Source: Spirochaetia bacterium (GTDB taxonomy: Bacteria; Spirochaetota; Spirochaetia; DAHUYW01). From it: a stretch of DNA of 64,000 bases. Location of the stretch: NCBI GenBank assembly GCA_030041455.1, contig JASHNV010000119.1, forward strand, positions 19,787-83,786, in the 5' to 3' direction. Within the stretch, counting starts at the first letter, position 1, and each line of letters starts with the position of its first letter. The notes under the pieces were generated by a model. It was not told where the DNA came from and did not search any database. It worked only from the letters and a program-made list of their open reading frames with translations. Of the stretch, positions 1-9,306 are shown piece after piece. The translations under genes and the position numbers were made by a program.

Positions 1-86
1 CACGCGAGCCTTCATGACACTCTCTCTATCGGCCGGCGTGGTTGATATTTTACGCTTTTCATCTATACACTTCCCCACGGTAAGCC

Positions 87-1796
87 ATGAGAAGCCTGTT
101 GTACGCATGCTGCGGATGTGTCCTTCTCGCGTCGTGCGCCACGCTCGGCGGGCCTCCGCTCAGCTCGGTCCCCCCGGCGCCTCAAGTCGCCATGCCGACG
201 GTTCCGACCACGCCGAACACCACCACCCCGTCGACGAGCGTCGCCACGATCACCGCCCAGACGCCGGAGCAAGCCGGACAGAGCGCGCCGGGAATCAAGT
301 TCATCTCCGAGCCCGAAGGCGCGCACGTCTACATCAACAACCTCTACATCGGCGACACGCCGCTCTTTTATACCGGCTACCAGCCGGGGCAGGTCAAGAT
401 CTCGATCCAGCTTGACGGGTACCACCCGAGCGATCGCTACATCGACCTCGACCCGACGTCGTACACGACCGTCGACGTCCAGCTCAATCCGATCTCCGGT
501 TTCCTGAACCTCTCGCTGTCGCCGAAGGGGGTCGCCGCGGCGATCTCGGTCGACGATCTCCCGTCGAAGAGCGGCATGACCGAGCTTCCCGTGGGCCAGC
601 ACAGCCTCCATATCGAGGCGTTCGGCTACAAGGATTTCGACGCTCAGTTCGACATCGCCGACAACCGCACGACGCCGCTTGCCGTCGCGCTCGCCGTGGC
701 GCCGTTCAAGCTCTCCAAGCTCGCGATATCCCGCCCCGTCCTCGACCCCGCGAATCCCGGCGTCCTCGGCACCCTCGAGATCTCCTTCCAGGCGAGCGGT
801 CCCGGGAGCGGCTCGGTCTCGATCGCCGATCGGACGGGCCGCCTCGTGTGGACGGACAGGCTTCCGCCGTTCACGGCCCGGCTGCAGGCGGTCGCGTGGA
901 ACGGAAGAGACTCGGGCGGCCGCGAGCTCCCCGACGGCGCCTACTCCGTGACCGTGGAAGGCGCCTCGGGCGGAGCGACGGACCGTCTCGCGGGGGCGGT
1001 CGAGATCTCGCACGCGGCGCTCATCGGCTATCGGAGCATGCTCTCGGGGGTCTCCGGCCTCCTCTTTGTCGGCTCCCCCGAGATCCTGCCTCCGTCGAGC
1101 TTCCAGATCGGCGTGATCAGCCTCGGCCACTTCGAGGCCGCGGGCGAGCTCATTCCCATCCAGCTCAGCGGTCGTTTCGTGCCGGCGAGCGGCGTCGAGC
1201 TCGACGTCCAGGGATCGCTCGAGCTCGGCTCCGTCGCGGTCGCGCCCTATTCCATCGGCGCGGCCGCGAAGCTCAGGCTCCTCGGCGAGGGGGCGAGCGG
1301 CTTCAGCGCGGCGCTCTCGGTCAAGGGGACCTACCTCGACGGCACGACTGCCGACACCCTGACGAACTTCACCGGGCTCTCGGTCGGAGCGCCGCTTGAG
1401 TACCGGATCGGGCCCTTCGGCGTCCTCGTCATGCCGGAAGTGACCGTCTCCCCGTTCTTCGTGAGCTCCTTGGGTCTCACCGCGGACGGCGGAACCGATT
1501 CCGACAACGGCGCGCTGAACGCGTCCCTCAACGTTTGGGGCTACGGGCGCGGCGGCCTCTTCCTCGACTTCGGCTCGATCGTCACCGGCGTCTCGGCGGC
1601 GCTGCGCACCGAGCCGTTCGCCGAGGGCCTCGGGCTCGACACGGTGCCGCTGACCGGCGGCTGGGAGATCCATTGGCTTCCCCCGGAGGGGAATCTCGTC
1701 CTCTCCGCCGACGTCGAAAGCGAGTACAGCCCGTCTCCGGCCGCGGGGGCGACGACGTACCTCCTCGTCGGCGCGGGCATAGGATGGATATTCTGA
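87..1796 (+). CDS. PEGA-domain / FlgD-Ig-domain lipoprotein with a probable C-terminal beta-barrel
   Basis: Lipobox-like VLLASC and a Pro/Thr linker. PEGA motif SEPEGAHVYIN...IG.TP plus a second PEGA-like repeat. FlgD-Ig motif WNGRDSGGRELPDGAY. The C-terminus has amphipathic strands and ends GIGWIF. Confidence 0.75.
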   Translation: MRSLLYACCGCVLLASCATLGGPPLSSVPPAPQVAMPTVPTTPNTTTPSTSVATITAQTPEQAGQSAPGIKFISEPEGAHVYINNLYIGDTPLFYTGYQPGQVKISIQLDGYHPSDRYIDLDPTSYTTVDVQLNPISGFLNLSLSPKGVAAAISVDDLPSKSGMTELPVGQHSLHIEAFGYKDFDAQFDIADNRTTPLAVALAVAPFKLSKLAISRPVLDPANPGVLGTLEISFQASGPGSGSVSIADRTGRLVWTDRLPPFTARLQAVAWNGRDSGGRELPDGAYSVTVEGASGGATDRLAGAVEISHAALIGYRSMLSGVSGLLFVGSPEILPPSSFQIGVISLGHFEAAGELIPIQLSGRFVPASGVELDVQGSLELGSVAVAPYSIGAAAKLRLLGEGASGFSAALSVKGTYLDGTTADTLTNFTGLSVGAPLEYRIGPFGVLVMPEVTVSPFFVSSLGLTADGGTDSDNGALNASLNVWGYGRGGLFLDFGSIVTGVSAALRTEPFAEGLGLDTVPLTGGWEIHWLPPEGNLVLSADVESEYSPSPAAGATTYLLVGAGIGWIF

Positions 1797-2137
1797 CGCC
1801 GGGGCGACCGCGCGCGACCGACCTCGACGTCGAGCTCCTGCGTCGCCTTCGCGCGCTCGCGCCGGTCCAGGCCGAGAACCGGCTCATGAGAGTCTCCGAT
1901 CGCGAGATCGCCCTCGCGATCTTCGCCATGGGCCCGCAGGAGCGCGGGCGGATCCTCTCGATTCTCGCCGTCGAGAAGCGGCGCCGAGTCGAGCAGGAGA
2001 CGAGGCTCCTCAGGCGTCTCGCGATCCGACCCGAGCAGCGCCGCACGGCGATCGCGCACCTCATCCAGCTCGTCGGAAGCGAGCGCTACACCGGGAGCCT
2101 GAGCGGCTATCTGCGTCCGCTCGCCCGCGGTCGATAG
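1784..2137 (+). CDS. Small protein resembling an isolated FliG C-terminal domain (117 aa)
   Basis: ATG at 1784 overlaps the upstream gene end and is in the frame of ORF 1535..2137. LMRVSDREIALAI...ILSILAVEKRRRVEQE parallels ILREYDDREIAVLL...LLANLSARRRTIVAEE in the FliG at 28782. Confidence 0.55.
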   Translation: MDILTPGRPRATDLDVELLRRLRALAPVQAENRLMRVSDREIALAIFAMGPQERGRILSILAVEKRRRVEQETRLLRRLAIRPEQRRTAIAHLIQLVGSERYTGSLSGYLRPLARGR

Positions 2138-2350
2138 CGCGCGGTCTGCGCCACGACGCCGCGCGGCACGGGTGCGCTCTCGTTTTATGGAAAGGTTTAG
2201 CCTGCGCGATCGCCCTTGAGGTGAGGAGCGAGCTCGAGCCTGCGACCCGGGTCTCGGCGTCGTCGGCCGCGACGCGAACCAGTGGTTCGAGACGCGCGAG
2301 GGAATGGAGATCCGAGCCTCGACGCCCGGAGGCTCGCGAAGCCCCGAGCT

Positions 2351-3139
2351 TCAGGCGGAGGGCATCTTGACGCCGATTCTTCCGGTGTAGTCGATCCGGT
2401 TGAGGAGGATGGGATTGCCCCGCTCGGGGGCGAAGAACTCGTCCACCGCCCTTCGCGCCCCTTCGAAGTGACCGTAGTCGTCGACGATGAGGACGCCCCC
2501 CGGGCTCAGGCAAGGGTAGAGCGCTTCGAGCTCCGCCTTCGTCGACTCGTACCAGTCGGTATCGAGCCTGAGGAGCGCGATGCGCGAAGGCTTCTTCTCC
2601 GAAAGCGTGGACGCGACGTCGCCGGGAACGAGCACCGTCGAGCCCCGGGGGAAGCCGGTGGCCGCCATGTTCCCGGCGACCTCCTCCATGCCGACCGACC
2701 AGGCCGTGAAGTTCCGCGTGGCGCCGCTTCGGTCGGCCTCCCACCGCTCGAGGACCCCTGAGCCGTTCCACCGGATCCGATCGACGCTCGTCGGTCGGGT
2801 GGGCCCCGCGAAGGTGTCGTAGAGGTAGATGCTCCGCCTGCCCGCCTCCTCGGCTCGGCCGCCGGAGAGGGCGAGGAGCGTGCGCGCCGCGAGCATGCAC
2901 GAGCCGCCCTTCCACACCCCGCACTCGACGACGTCGCCGGGGATTCCGGCCCCTTCGAGGTATCGGAGCGCCTCATAGAGCGCGTAGCCGCGCTCGAGGG
3001 AGGTCATGGTAAACGGAGAGACGGCGCGCCAGATCTCGAGGAAATCCTCCGGAATATCGACGCGGAACTGGTCGGGGGTCACCACCCCGAAGCCTTTGCG
3101 CGTGAGCTCCTCGACGAGCTCCCGTTCGGACTCGTACAT
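2351..3139 (-). CDS. TylF/MycF (macrocin O-methyltransferase) family methyltransferase
   Basis: Motifs GDVVECGVWKGGS, YDTFAG, LLRLDTDWYEST and GGVLIVDDYG. ATG at 3139 lies directly after the ligA stop. Confidence 0.9.
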   Translation of the reverse strand: MYESERELVEELTRKGFGVVTPDQFRVDIPEDFLEIWRAVSPFTMTSLERGYALYEALRYLEGAGIPGDVVECGVWKGGSCMLAARTLLALSGGRAEEAGRRSIYLYDTFAGPTRPTSVDRIRWNGSGVLERWEADRSGATRNFTAWSVGMEEVAGNMAATGFPRGSTVLVPGDVASTLSEKKPSRIALLRLDTDWYESTKAELEALYPCLSPGGVLIVDDYGHFEGARRAVDEFFAPERGNPILLNRIDYTGRIGVKMPSA

Positions 3140-3141
3140 GC

Positions 3142-5226
3142 CTAATCCTCCCGCTTCGGTTCCGGAGCCCGAGCGAGCATGAGGAGGAACTCTTCCTCCG
3201 ACACGATCCGGGCGCCCACCGCGCGCGCCTTCTCGAGCTTGCTTCCGCCGCCCTCCCCCGCGAGGAGGTGCGTCGTCTTTCCGGACACCGAGGCGACGAC
3301 CTTTCCGCCTCGCCGCTTGACCTCCTCCATCGCGAGCTCGCGGGGCGTGAAGCGCTCGAAGCTCCCGGTGACGCACCACGTCTGACCCTTGAAGATCTGC
3401 TCCGCTCCGGCGGCCTCGCCGCGGGCCTCCTCGACGAAGGAGAGTCCCGCCGCGCGCAGGCGCTCGATCTGCTCCCGCACGTCGGGCCGCCTGAGCCCCT
3501 CGAGGACGGTCTGCGCGGTCTTCTCCCCGATTCCCGGGATGACGGTGAGCGCCTCGACGCTCCCGGCGTCGGCGAGGGCGAGGAGCTCGTCGATCGAGCG
3601 GTATCCCGAGTCGACGAGGAGCTCGGCGACCTTTTGACCGAGCTCGGCGAGACCGAGCGACTGCAGGACCACCCGAAAGGGCTGCGCCTTGCTCTTCTCG
3701 ATGCCGGCCCGGATAAGGGAGATCTTCTTCTCGCCGAAGCCGGGCAGCTCCGCGAGCTTGCCGTAGTCGAAGGCGTAGAGATCGGCGGGGGCCCGGAGGC
3801 TTTCGCGCTCCATGAGGACGTCGATCGTTTCCGGCCCGAGGTTCTCGATATCCATCTGACCGCGGCCGACGAAAAAGAGCAGGCGCCCTCGGACCTGCGC
3901 CGGACAATCGCGGTTCGGGCAGAAATGGTGCGCGCCGACCACGACGAGGCCGCTTTCGCACGCGGGACAACGGTCGGGCATTCTCCAGGTGCTGTTCGTA
4001 TCGTTCTTTTCGATCACCCGCTCGACGGCCGGGATCACGTCGCCGCGCCGGGAGACCGCGACGCTGTCGCCGATCGCAAGGTCGAGCATGTTGATGTAGT
4101 CCTGGTTGTGGAGCGTGACGTTCGAGATCGTGGTGCCGCCGACGGCCACCGGCCTCACGCGGGCGACCGGCGTGATCCGTCCGGTGCGCCCCACCTGCAC
4201 GTCGATTCCCTGAACCACCGTGACGCCCTCGGGAGCCTCGAACTTGTAGGCGATCGCCCAGCGCGGGTGGTGGCCCGTGTAGCCGAGGAGCTCCCGGCGA
4301 TCGAGCTCGTTGACCTTGGCGACAAGCCCGTCGATCTCATAGGGGAGCGCTCGCCGGGTCTCCCGCTGCGCGCCGAGATAGCGCACCATCGCGTCGAAGT
4401 CTCCGAAGGTCCACTCCGGGTGCCGCTCCCTCAGGGAGGAGAGCTTGCCCCCGAGCTCGCCGTCCGCGCTGAACAGTCCGATCCTCGTGCTCACCCGCAG
4501 CCCGAGCTCCTCGAGGAGGCTGAGCACCTCGACGTGCGACTTCGGGTCCGCGCCCCCGGTAAAAAAGCCCTCGTAGGCGAAGATCGTGAGGGGAACCGCG
4601 GCGACGTCCGAGCTCCTCACCCTCCGAAGGGTTCCCGCGGCGAGGTTTCGCGGGTTCGCGTAGGGTATCTCCATCGACGAGTTGATCCTCGCGAACTCGT
4701 CGATGGGGAGGAAAACTTCTCCCCGGACCGCCACGCTCACCGCGCGGGCGAGGCGGAGAGGAATCGTTCGGATCGTCTTGACGTTGGCGGTGACGTCGTT
4801 GCCCTTCAGGCCGTTGCCGCGGGTCACGCCGCGGACGAGCACCCCCTTCTCGTAGTAGAGAACCATGGAAGAGCCGTCGATCTTCTCCTCGACGGTGAAG
4901 CTGACCTCGGCGCCGCTCGATCCTTGGATTTTCCGAGCCCAGGCGACGATCTCTTCGTGGGCGTAGGCCTTGTCGAGACTCAAGACGGGAATGGTGTGCT
5001 CGACCTCGGGAAGCTCGGAGGAGAGGTCGGAACCCACGCGGGCGGTCGGGGAATCGGGCGTTCTTAAGTCCGGGAAGTCGCGCTCGAGCGAGGCAAGCTG
5101 GTCGTAGAGGGCGTCGTACTCTCGGTCCGACAGCGTCGGCGCCGCGAGGACGTAGTACTCGTGCTCGTGGCGGCGCAGCAGCTCGGAGAGTCTCTTGATC
5201 TCCCGCGCCGCCTCTTTGCGCGTCAC
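3142..5226 (-). CDS. ligA: NAD-dependent DNA ligase
   Basis: EEKIDG adenylation motif, TRGNG..G.DVT, NPRNLAAG, VGRTGRITP, C4 zinc finger and BRCT domain. Confidence 0.98.
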   Translation of the reverse strand: MTRKEAAREIKRLSELLRRHEHEYYVLAAPTLSDREYDALYDQLASLERDFPDLRTPDSPTARVGSDLSSELPEVEHTIPVLSLDKAYAHEEIVAWARKIQGSSGAEVSFTVEEKIDGSSMVLYYEKGVLVRGVTRGNGLKGNDVTANVKTIRTIPLRLARAVSVAVRGEVFLPIDEFARINSSMEIPYANPRNLAAGTLRRVRSSDVAAVPLTIFAYEGFFTGGADPKSHVEVLSLLEELGLRVSTRIGLFSADGELGGKLSSLRERHPEWTFGDFDAMVRYLGAQRETRRALPYEIDGLVAKVNELDRRELLGYTGHHPRWAIAYKFEAPEGVTVVQGIDVQVGRTGRITPVARVRPVAVGGTTISNVTLHNQDYINMLDLAIGDSVAVSRRGDVIPAVERVIEKNDTNSTWRMPDRCPACESGLVVVGAHHFCPNRDCPAQVRGRLLFFVGRGQMDIENLGPETIDVLMERESLRAPADLYAFDYGKLAELPGFGEKKISLIRAGIEKSKAQPFRVVLQSLGLAELGQKVAELLVDSGYRSIDELLALADAGSVEALTVIPGIGEKTAQTVLEGLRRPDVREQIERLRAAGLSFVEEARGEAAGAEQIFKGQTWCVTGSFERFTPRELAMEEVKRRGGKVVASVSGKTTHLLAGEGGGSKLEKARAVGARIVSEEEFLLMLARAPEPKRED

Positions 5227-5230
5227 GCCT

Positions 5231-6451
5231 TCAGTTGACCTTCCGGAGGAAGGCGTCCCGGTATCCGAGTGCGATGAACTGGTAGAGAAGAGCGCCGCTC
5301 TCGTCCCGCTTCAGCGGGCCGACGAGGACGCGGTAGACCTGCCGGCTGCTCGTCGTCGCGGCGAAGACCGAGACGGGATAGACCTGCGACAGGCTTGCCG
5401 CGAGGCTGAGCGCGTTCCCGGATTCGAAGAACGAGGCGAGCTGGACGTAGTAGGAGTCGGCCGCCATGCTCGCTTCGGGCTGCACGCCCGCGGGAAGGCT
5501 CGCTTGCGTCGGCTGCGTCGCGGCGGCTACCTCGCTTCCGGCGACCGGGACCGGAGCCGTTTGGGCGCTCGGTACCGCCTGCGCGGCCGATGCGGCCAGG
5601 ACGCCCGCAGGAGCGGCGGAGGCCGGAACCGGGAGGCTCCCGGAGAGCGCCAGGGGCTCGCTCCTCGGCGCGGCGGGCTCGGAGAGATCGAGGACGCGCG
5701 GCTCCCCCGCGATCTCCGTGGGCGGCGCCACCGCGCCGGCCTGGGAGAGCGCGGCAGCCTGAGGCGGCTGGATGCCCGCGAGATCCTCGCTCGGCGCCGA
5801 ACCCGCGCTCCGAAGCACGGGGGCCGGGAGAGCCGCGAGCTTGGGAGCTCCGTTGTTGACCGGAGGGGTCGGAAGAGGCTCGATGTCGGGCACCTCGGGC
5901 GTCCCCGCGGAAGAGGAGGGGGCGAGAGCCGCGGACTTCGCGCTCGCCGCGGGGGCGGCTCCCGCCGCCAAGCCCGCGGCGGGGCTTGCCGCCTGGGAGA
6001 CCGAGCTCGTTGCGGTCGTGGCGAGATAGCGGTTCAGGAACGCGAGGCTCGAGGGGTTCCCTACCCCGGCGGCGGGATTGATATCCGAGTCCGGGCTGTA
6101 GGGCAAGTCGCCGGGCGAGCCCGCCGCGTTCGGTCCGCTCGGAAGGGTGATCTCCACCCGCGCCGAGCCCCCGGACGCGACGCCGAGCGCGGCGCCCGCG
6201 TCGTTTGAAAGGAGCAGGAACAGACCGCTTTCGGAGACGCGGTCGATGATGAGCACGCTGGTCTGCTTCCCGTTGTCGAGGTTCTTGACGTTCACGAGGG
6301 TATTCTGCGGAAAGGAGTTCGAGGCGCCGTAGAGACCGCTTGAGGGAAACACTCCGTAGCTGCTCACGGCGGCGGTGCCCTCCCACGTCTGCTGCGCGAA
6401 AAGCGCGCTTGCGCACGTGAGAAATGCCAAGAACGCTCCAAACCGTCTCAT
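5231..6451 (-). CDS. Secreted SPOR-domain protein
   Basis: Signal peptide, RlpA-like N-terminal segment (V.VKNLDNGK), Ala/Pro linker, and C-terminal YYVQLASF...YRVLVGP SPOR motif. Confidence 0.85.
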   Translation of the reverse strand: MRRFGAFLAFLTCASALFAQQTWEGTAAVSSYGVFPSSGLYGASNSFPQNTLVNVKNLDNGKQTSVLIIDRVSESGLFLLLSNDAGAALGVASGGSARVEITLPSGPNAAGSPGDLPYSPDSDINPAAGVGNPSSLAFLNRYLATTATSSVSQAASPAAGLAAGAAPAASAKSAALAPSSSAGTPEVPDIEPLPTPPVNNGAPKLAALPAPVLRSAGSAPSEDLAGIQPPQAAALSQAGAVAPPTEIAGEPRVLDLSEPAAPRSEPLALSGSLPVPASAAPAGVLAASAAQAVPSAQTAPVPVAGSEVAAATQPTQASLPAGVQPEASMAADSYYVQLASFFESGNALSLAASLSQVYPVSVFAATTSSRQVYRVLVGPLKRDESGALLYQFIALGYRDAFLRKVN

Positions 6452-6512
6452 TCCCTCGTTCTCCTGATATATCTTCGGGAGACTTTCGCGTGAGTTTGAG
6501 CCTTTTGCGCAA

Positions 6513-7040
6513 TCAAAGCAATGGCTGTTTCCAATCCCTCAGAACGTCGCGCGCGACCTCCTGTCCGAGCGCATAGCAGAGATCGTAGGGAGTTTTGCGG
6601 TCCGCGGCGTTCTTCGGCGGCACCTGGGGAACGAGGCTCCCTTCCGCGATCGTCCGACCCGAGCTCAGGTGGAGGAACTTGTAGTGGATCCCGGTCGGAA
6701 CCACCGACGGGCTCGGCGCGTCGGGAAAGGAGAGCTCGACCTCGAGGAGATAGCTCGCGCCTCCGGTTTTCGCCGTCTCGGCGGCCCACGTCTCCGACGG
6801 ATTGGCCGACGGGGCGCCGCTCTTCGCGCTCTGGGGCAGCCCGGTGTCGAAGATGATGTGGCCGGAATCGAAGAACAGCGCCATGACGCCGTCCTCGATC
6901 GCCACGTAGCGCTCCACGTTCTTGTTCTGCGAGTCGGCGCTCGCCCGCATTTGCGTGTACAGCATGACGGTGTCAGCGAAGGCGGCTCCTCCGGCAAGGA
7001 AGAACGCGCAGAGAAAGGACCCGATTATCCAACGTTTCAT
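6513..7040 (-). CDS. Secreted hypothetical protein (175 aa)
   Basis: ATG at 7040 (MKRWIIG...AAFA signal peptide) followed by normal protein-like composition. Confidence 0.75.
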   Translation of the reverse strand: MKRWIIGSFLCAFFLAGGAAFADTVMLYTQMRASADSQNKNVERYVAIEDGVMALFFDSGHIIFDTGLPQSAKSGAPSANPSETWAAETAKTGGASYLLEVELSFPDAPSPSVVPTGIHYKFLHLSSGRTIAEGSLVPQVPPKNAADRKTPYDLCYALGQEVARDVLRDWKQPLL

Positions 7041-7094
7041 GTCGCCATCCTTAGCACGTACTTGATCATAATGTCGGCGCGAATCGGCCTCCAG

Positions 7095-7123
7095 TTGAAT
7101 GTCTTCGGCGTCCGTGCTACCTT
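7095..7123 (+). promoter_or_regulatory. Sigma70-like promoter of the loaP operon
   Basis: TTGAAT-17nt-TACCTT with an upstream TG. It implies a ~140-nt leader. Confidence 0.55.
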
Positions 7124-7271
7124 CGTCGCGCGAGGATAAGGAGCGCCGCTTGAAGAGATCGGAGCGCTTCGGGGGCGTGAAGGAGCGGCTTTCCGCTTCC
7201 CGCGATTCGGCGGCGCGGCGGTTCGCCCCCGCCTCGAGCCGCTCGGGCGCCGATCCGGGCCGCGCGCGGAG

Positions 7272-7847
7272 ATGAGCTACTTCGTCATTCAAGTCATGAC
7301 GCGAAGCGAGGATCGATTCATCCGACTCGCGTCGAACGCCCTCCTCGTCGCCGCCTCTTCCGACGGCGAGCCCGGCGCCGAGGAGCTTCGACCCGGGCGC
7401 CTCTTCTGGCCGCGGCGGCGCCTGACGATCCGCAAGGGCGGCGTGAACCGGCTCTCCCTCGCTCCCATCTTCCCGGGCTACGTATTCTACGAGGCCGAGG
7501 GCCTCGACTCCCGCGCCTACTGGGAGATGAAGCGGCAGACCGGCTTCATCCGCTTCCTGAAGGACAACAGCCAGATCGAGCCGCTCGCCGGGACCGGGTT
7601 GGAGCTCCTCGTCCATTTCATCTCCTTCGGGGAGATCGTGGACAAGTCGCAGGCGTATTTCGACGAAAATCAGCGCATCCGCATTACGAGCGGCCCGCTA
7701 AAAGGGCTTGAAGGCCGCATCACGAAGGTCGATAAGAGAAGAGGACGGGCGAAGGTCAGGCTCGCCCTCTACGAGGAAGCGTTCCTCATCGACTTCGGGT
7801 TCGAACTCTTGGAAACGGCGGATGCGAATGAAAAAGGGAAGGCATGA
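7272..7847 (+). CDS. loaP: NusG-family antiterminator, LoaP type
   Basis: NGN domain (YFVIQV.T..E, PIFPGYVF, GFIRFL), KOW motif (I.SGPLKGLEG.I) and basic KVDKRRGRAKV segment. Confidence 0.85.
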   Translation: MSYFVIQVMTRSEDRFIRLASNALLVAASSDGEPGAEELRPGRLFWPRRRLTIRKGGVNRLSLAPIFPGYVFYEAEGLDSRAYWEMKRQTGFIRFLKDNSQIEPLAGTGLELLVHFISFGEIVDKSQAYFDENQRIRITSGPLKGLEGRITKVDKRRGRAKVRLALYEEAFLIDFGFELLETADANEKGKA

Positions 7848-9306
7848 CGGGATCTACATCGTGGGAGCGGGCTTCGCCGGCCGCGCGCTCGCGCGGGAGC
7901 TCAAGGACAAGGGCAACCTCGGAAGCGTGACGGCCTTCTTGGACGACGACCCCGAGAAGATCGGCGGCGCGGTGGACGGCATTCCGGTCTACGGTCCGAT
8001 CGCCGACGTCGAGAAGTTCATGGCGCGCGCTCCGGCGAGCGAGGCGCTCATCGCGCTCCCGTCGAGCGCGCGCGAGCGGCTGAAGAGCATCTACTGCACG
8101 CTCTCGCGCGCCGATTTCGAGCGGATCCGCATCCTTCCGGATTTGAGCCAGATCGTGGACGGCGAGGCGCATCTCATCCAAGCCCGCGAGATCGACGCCG
8201 ACGATCTCCTCGGGCGCAGCCCGGTCAACATCGGCCTGAAGAAAAGCCTCGACTATCTTCGCGGCAGACGGGTCGTCATCACCGGAGCGGGGGGAAGCAT
8301 CGGACGCGAGCTCGCCCGCCAGCTCCTCCACGGCGGCGCCGAGCGGCTCTACCTGCTCGACCACGAAGAGAACAGCATCTACGAAATCGACAAGGAGCTC
8401 CACCTCCTCCAAGAAGAGGGGGTCGGCGAGAAGGCGACGGTCGTCCCGGTTCTCGGGGACCTCCAGGACCGCGACTACGTTCGCTTCATCCTGCGGCGCC
8501 TGCGCGCGGACGTCGTCTTTCACGCCGCCGCCTACAAGCACGTTCCGATGCTCGAGTACAACCCGATCGAGGCCGTCAAGAACAACACGTTCGGCACCAA
8601 GAATCTCGTGGACGCCGCGATCGAGTGCGGAATCCCGCGCTTCGTGTTCATCTCCACCGACAAGGCGGTCCGCCCCAACTCGGTCTACGGCGCGTCGAAA
8701 ATGCTCGCCGAAGAGATCGTGCTCAAGCGGCGGCCCGGCCGCGGCGACTTCATGGTCGTCCGCTTCGGCAACGTGCTCGGCTCGCGCGGGAGCATCGTCC
8801 CGCTGTTCAAGCGCCAAATCCTGAAAGGGGGGCCGGTCACGGTGACCCATCCGGAGATGAGCCGGTTCTTCATGACGATTCCGGAAGCCTCCTCGCTCGT
8901 CCTGAAGGCCGGGGGCGTCGGCAAGGGCGGCGACCTCTACATCCTCGACATGGGCGAGCCTATCCTCATCCGCGACCTCGCCGAGTCCATGATCCGCTTT
9001 TACGGCTTCGAGCCCGAAACGGAGATCCCGATCTCCTACATCGGACTGCGTCCCGGCGAGAAGATGCACGAAACCCTCTGGGACACCGACGAGCGGCCCA
9101 TGCCGACGGGATACTCGCGGATCAACCGGCTTCCGCGGGGAGAGCGGTTCAACGGATCGTTCGACTGCCTCCTCTCGAAGCTCCACGCCGTCTGTTTCTT
9201 CGATCCCGACAAGCCGGCGCTCTATCGCAACCGGCGCGAGCTTCGCGCGGTCCTCCGCGAGTACATCCCCTCGATCGAAGCGCCGCGCGATGAACCCGAA
9301 TACTGA
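7828..9306 (+). CDS. CapD/PglF-type NDP-sugar 4,6-dehydratase without an N-terminal membrane domain
   Basis: GAGFAG, DLLGR, ITGAGGSIG.EL, HAAAYKHVP, ISTDKAV.P..YGASK, VRFGNVLGSRGS and GLRPGEK motifs. The start is 7822 or 7828. Confidence 0.92.
   Translation: MKKGRHDGIYIVGAGFAGRALARELKDKGNLGSVTAFLDDDPEKIGGAVDGIPVYGPIADVEKFMARAPASEALIALPSSARERLKSIYCTLSRADFERIRILPDLSQIVDGEAHLIQAREIDADDLLGRSPVNIGLKKSLDYLRGRRVVITGAGGSIGRELARQLLHGGAERLYLLDHEENSIYEIDKELHLLQEEGVGEKATVVPVLGDLQDRDYVRFILRRLRADVVFHAAAYKHVPMLEYNPIEAVKNNTFGTKNLVDAAIECGIPRFVFISTDKAVRPNSVYGASKMLAEEIVLKRRPGRGDFMVVRFGNVLGSRGSIVPLFKRQILKGGPVTVTHPEMSRFFMTIPEASSLVLKAGGVGKGGDLYILDMGEPILIRDLAESMIRFYGFEPETEIPISYIGLRPGEKMHETLWDTDERPMPTGYSRINRLPRGERFNGSFDCLLSKLHAVCFFDPDKPALYRNRRELRAVLREYIPSIEAPRDEPEY

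Noticed and set aside
2170-2215. GGCTAAACC on the minus strand as a c-di-GMP-I riboswitch
   Set aside because: The GNRA/receptor and GCAAAGC elements are missing, and there is no downstream gene in that orientation.
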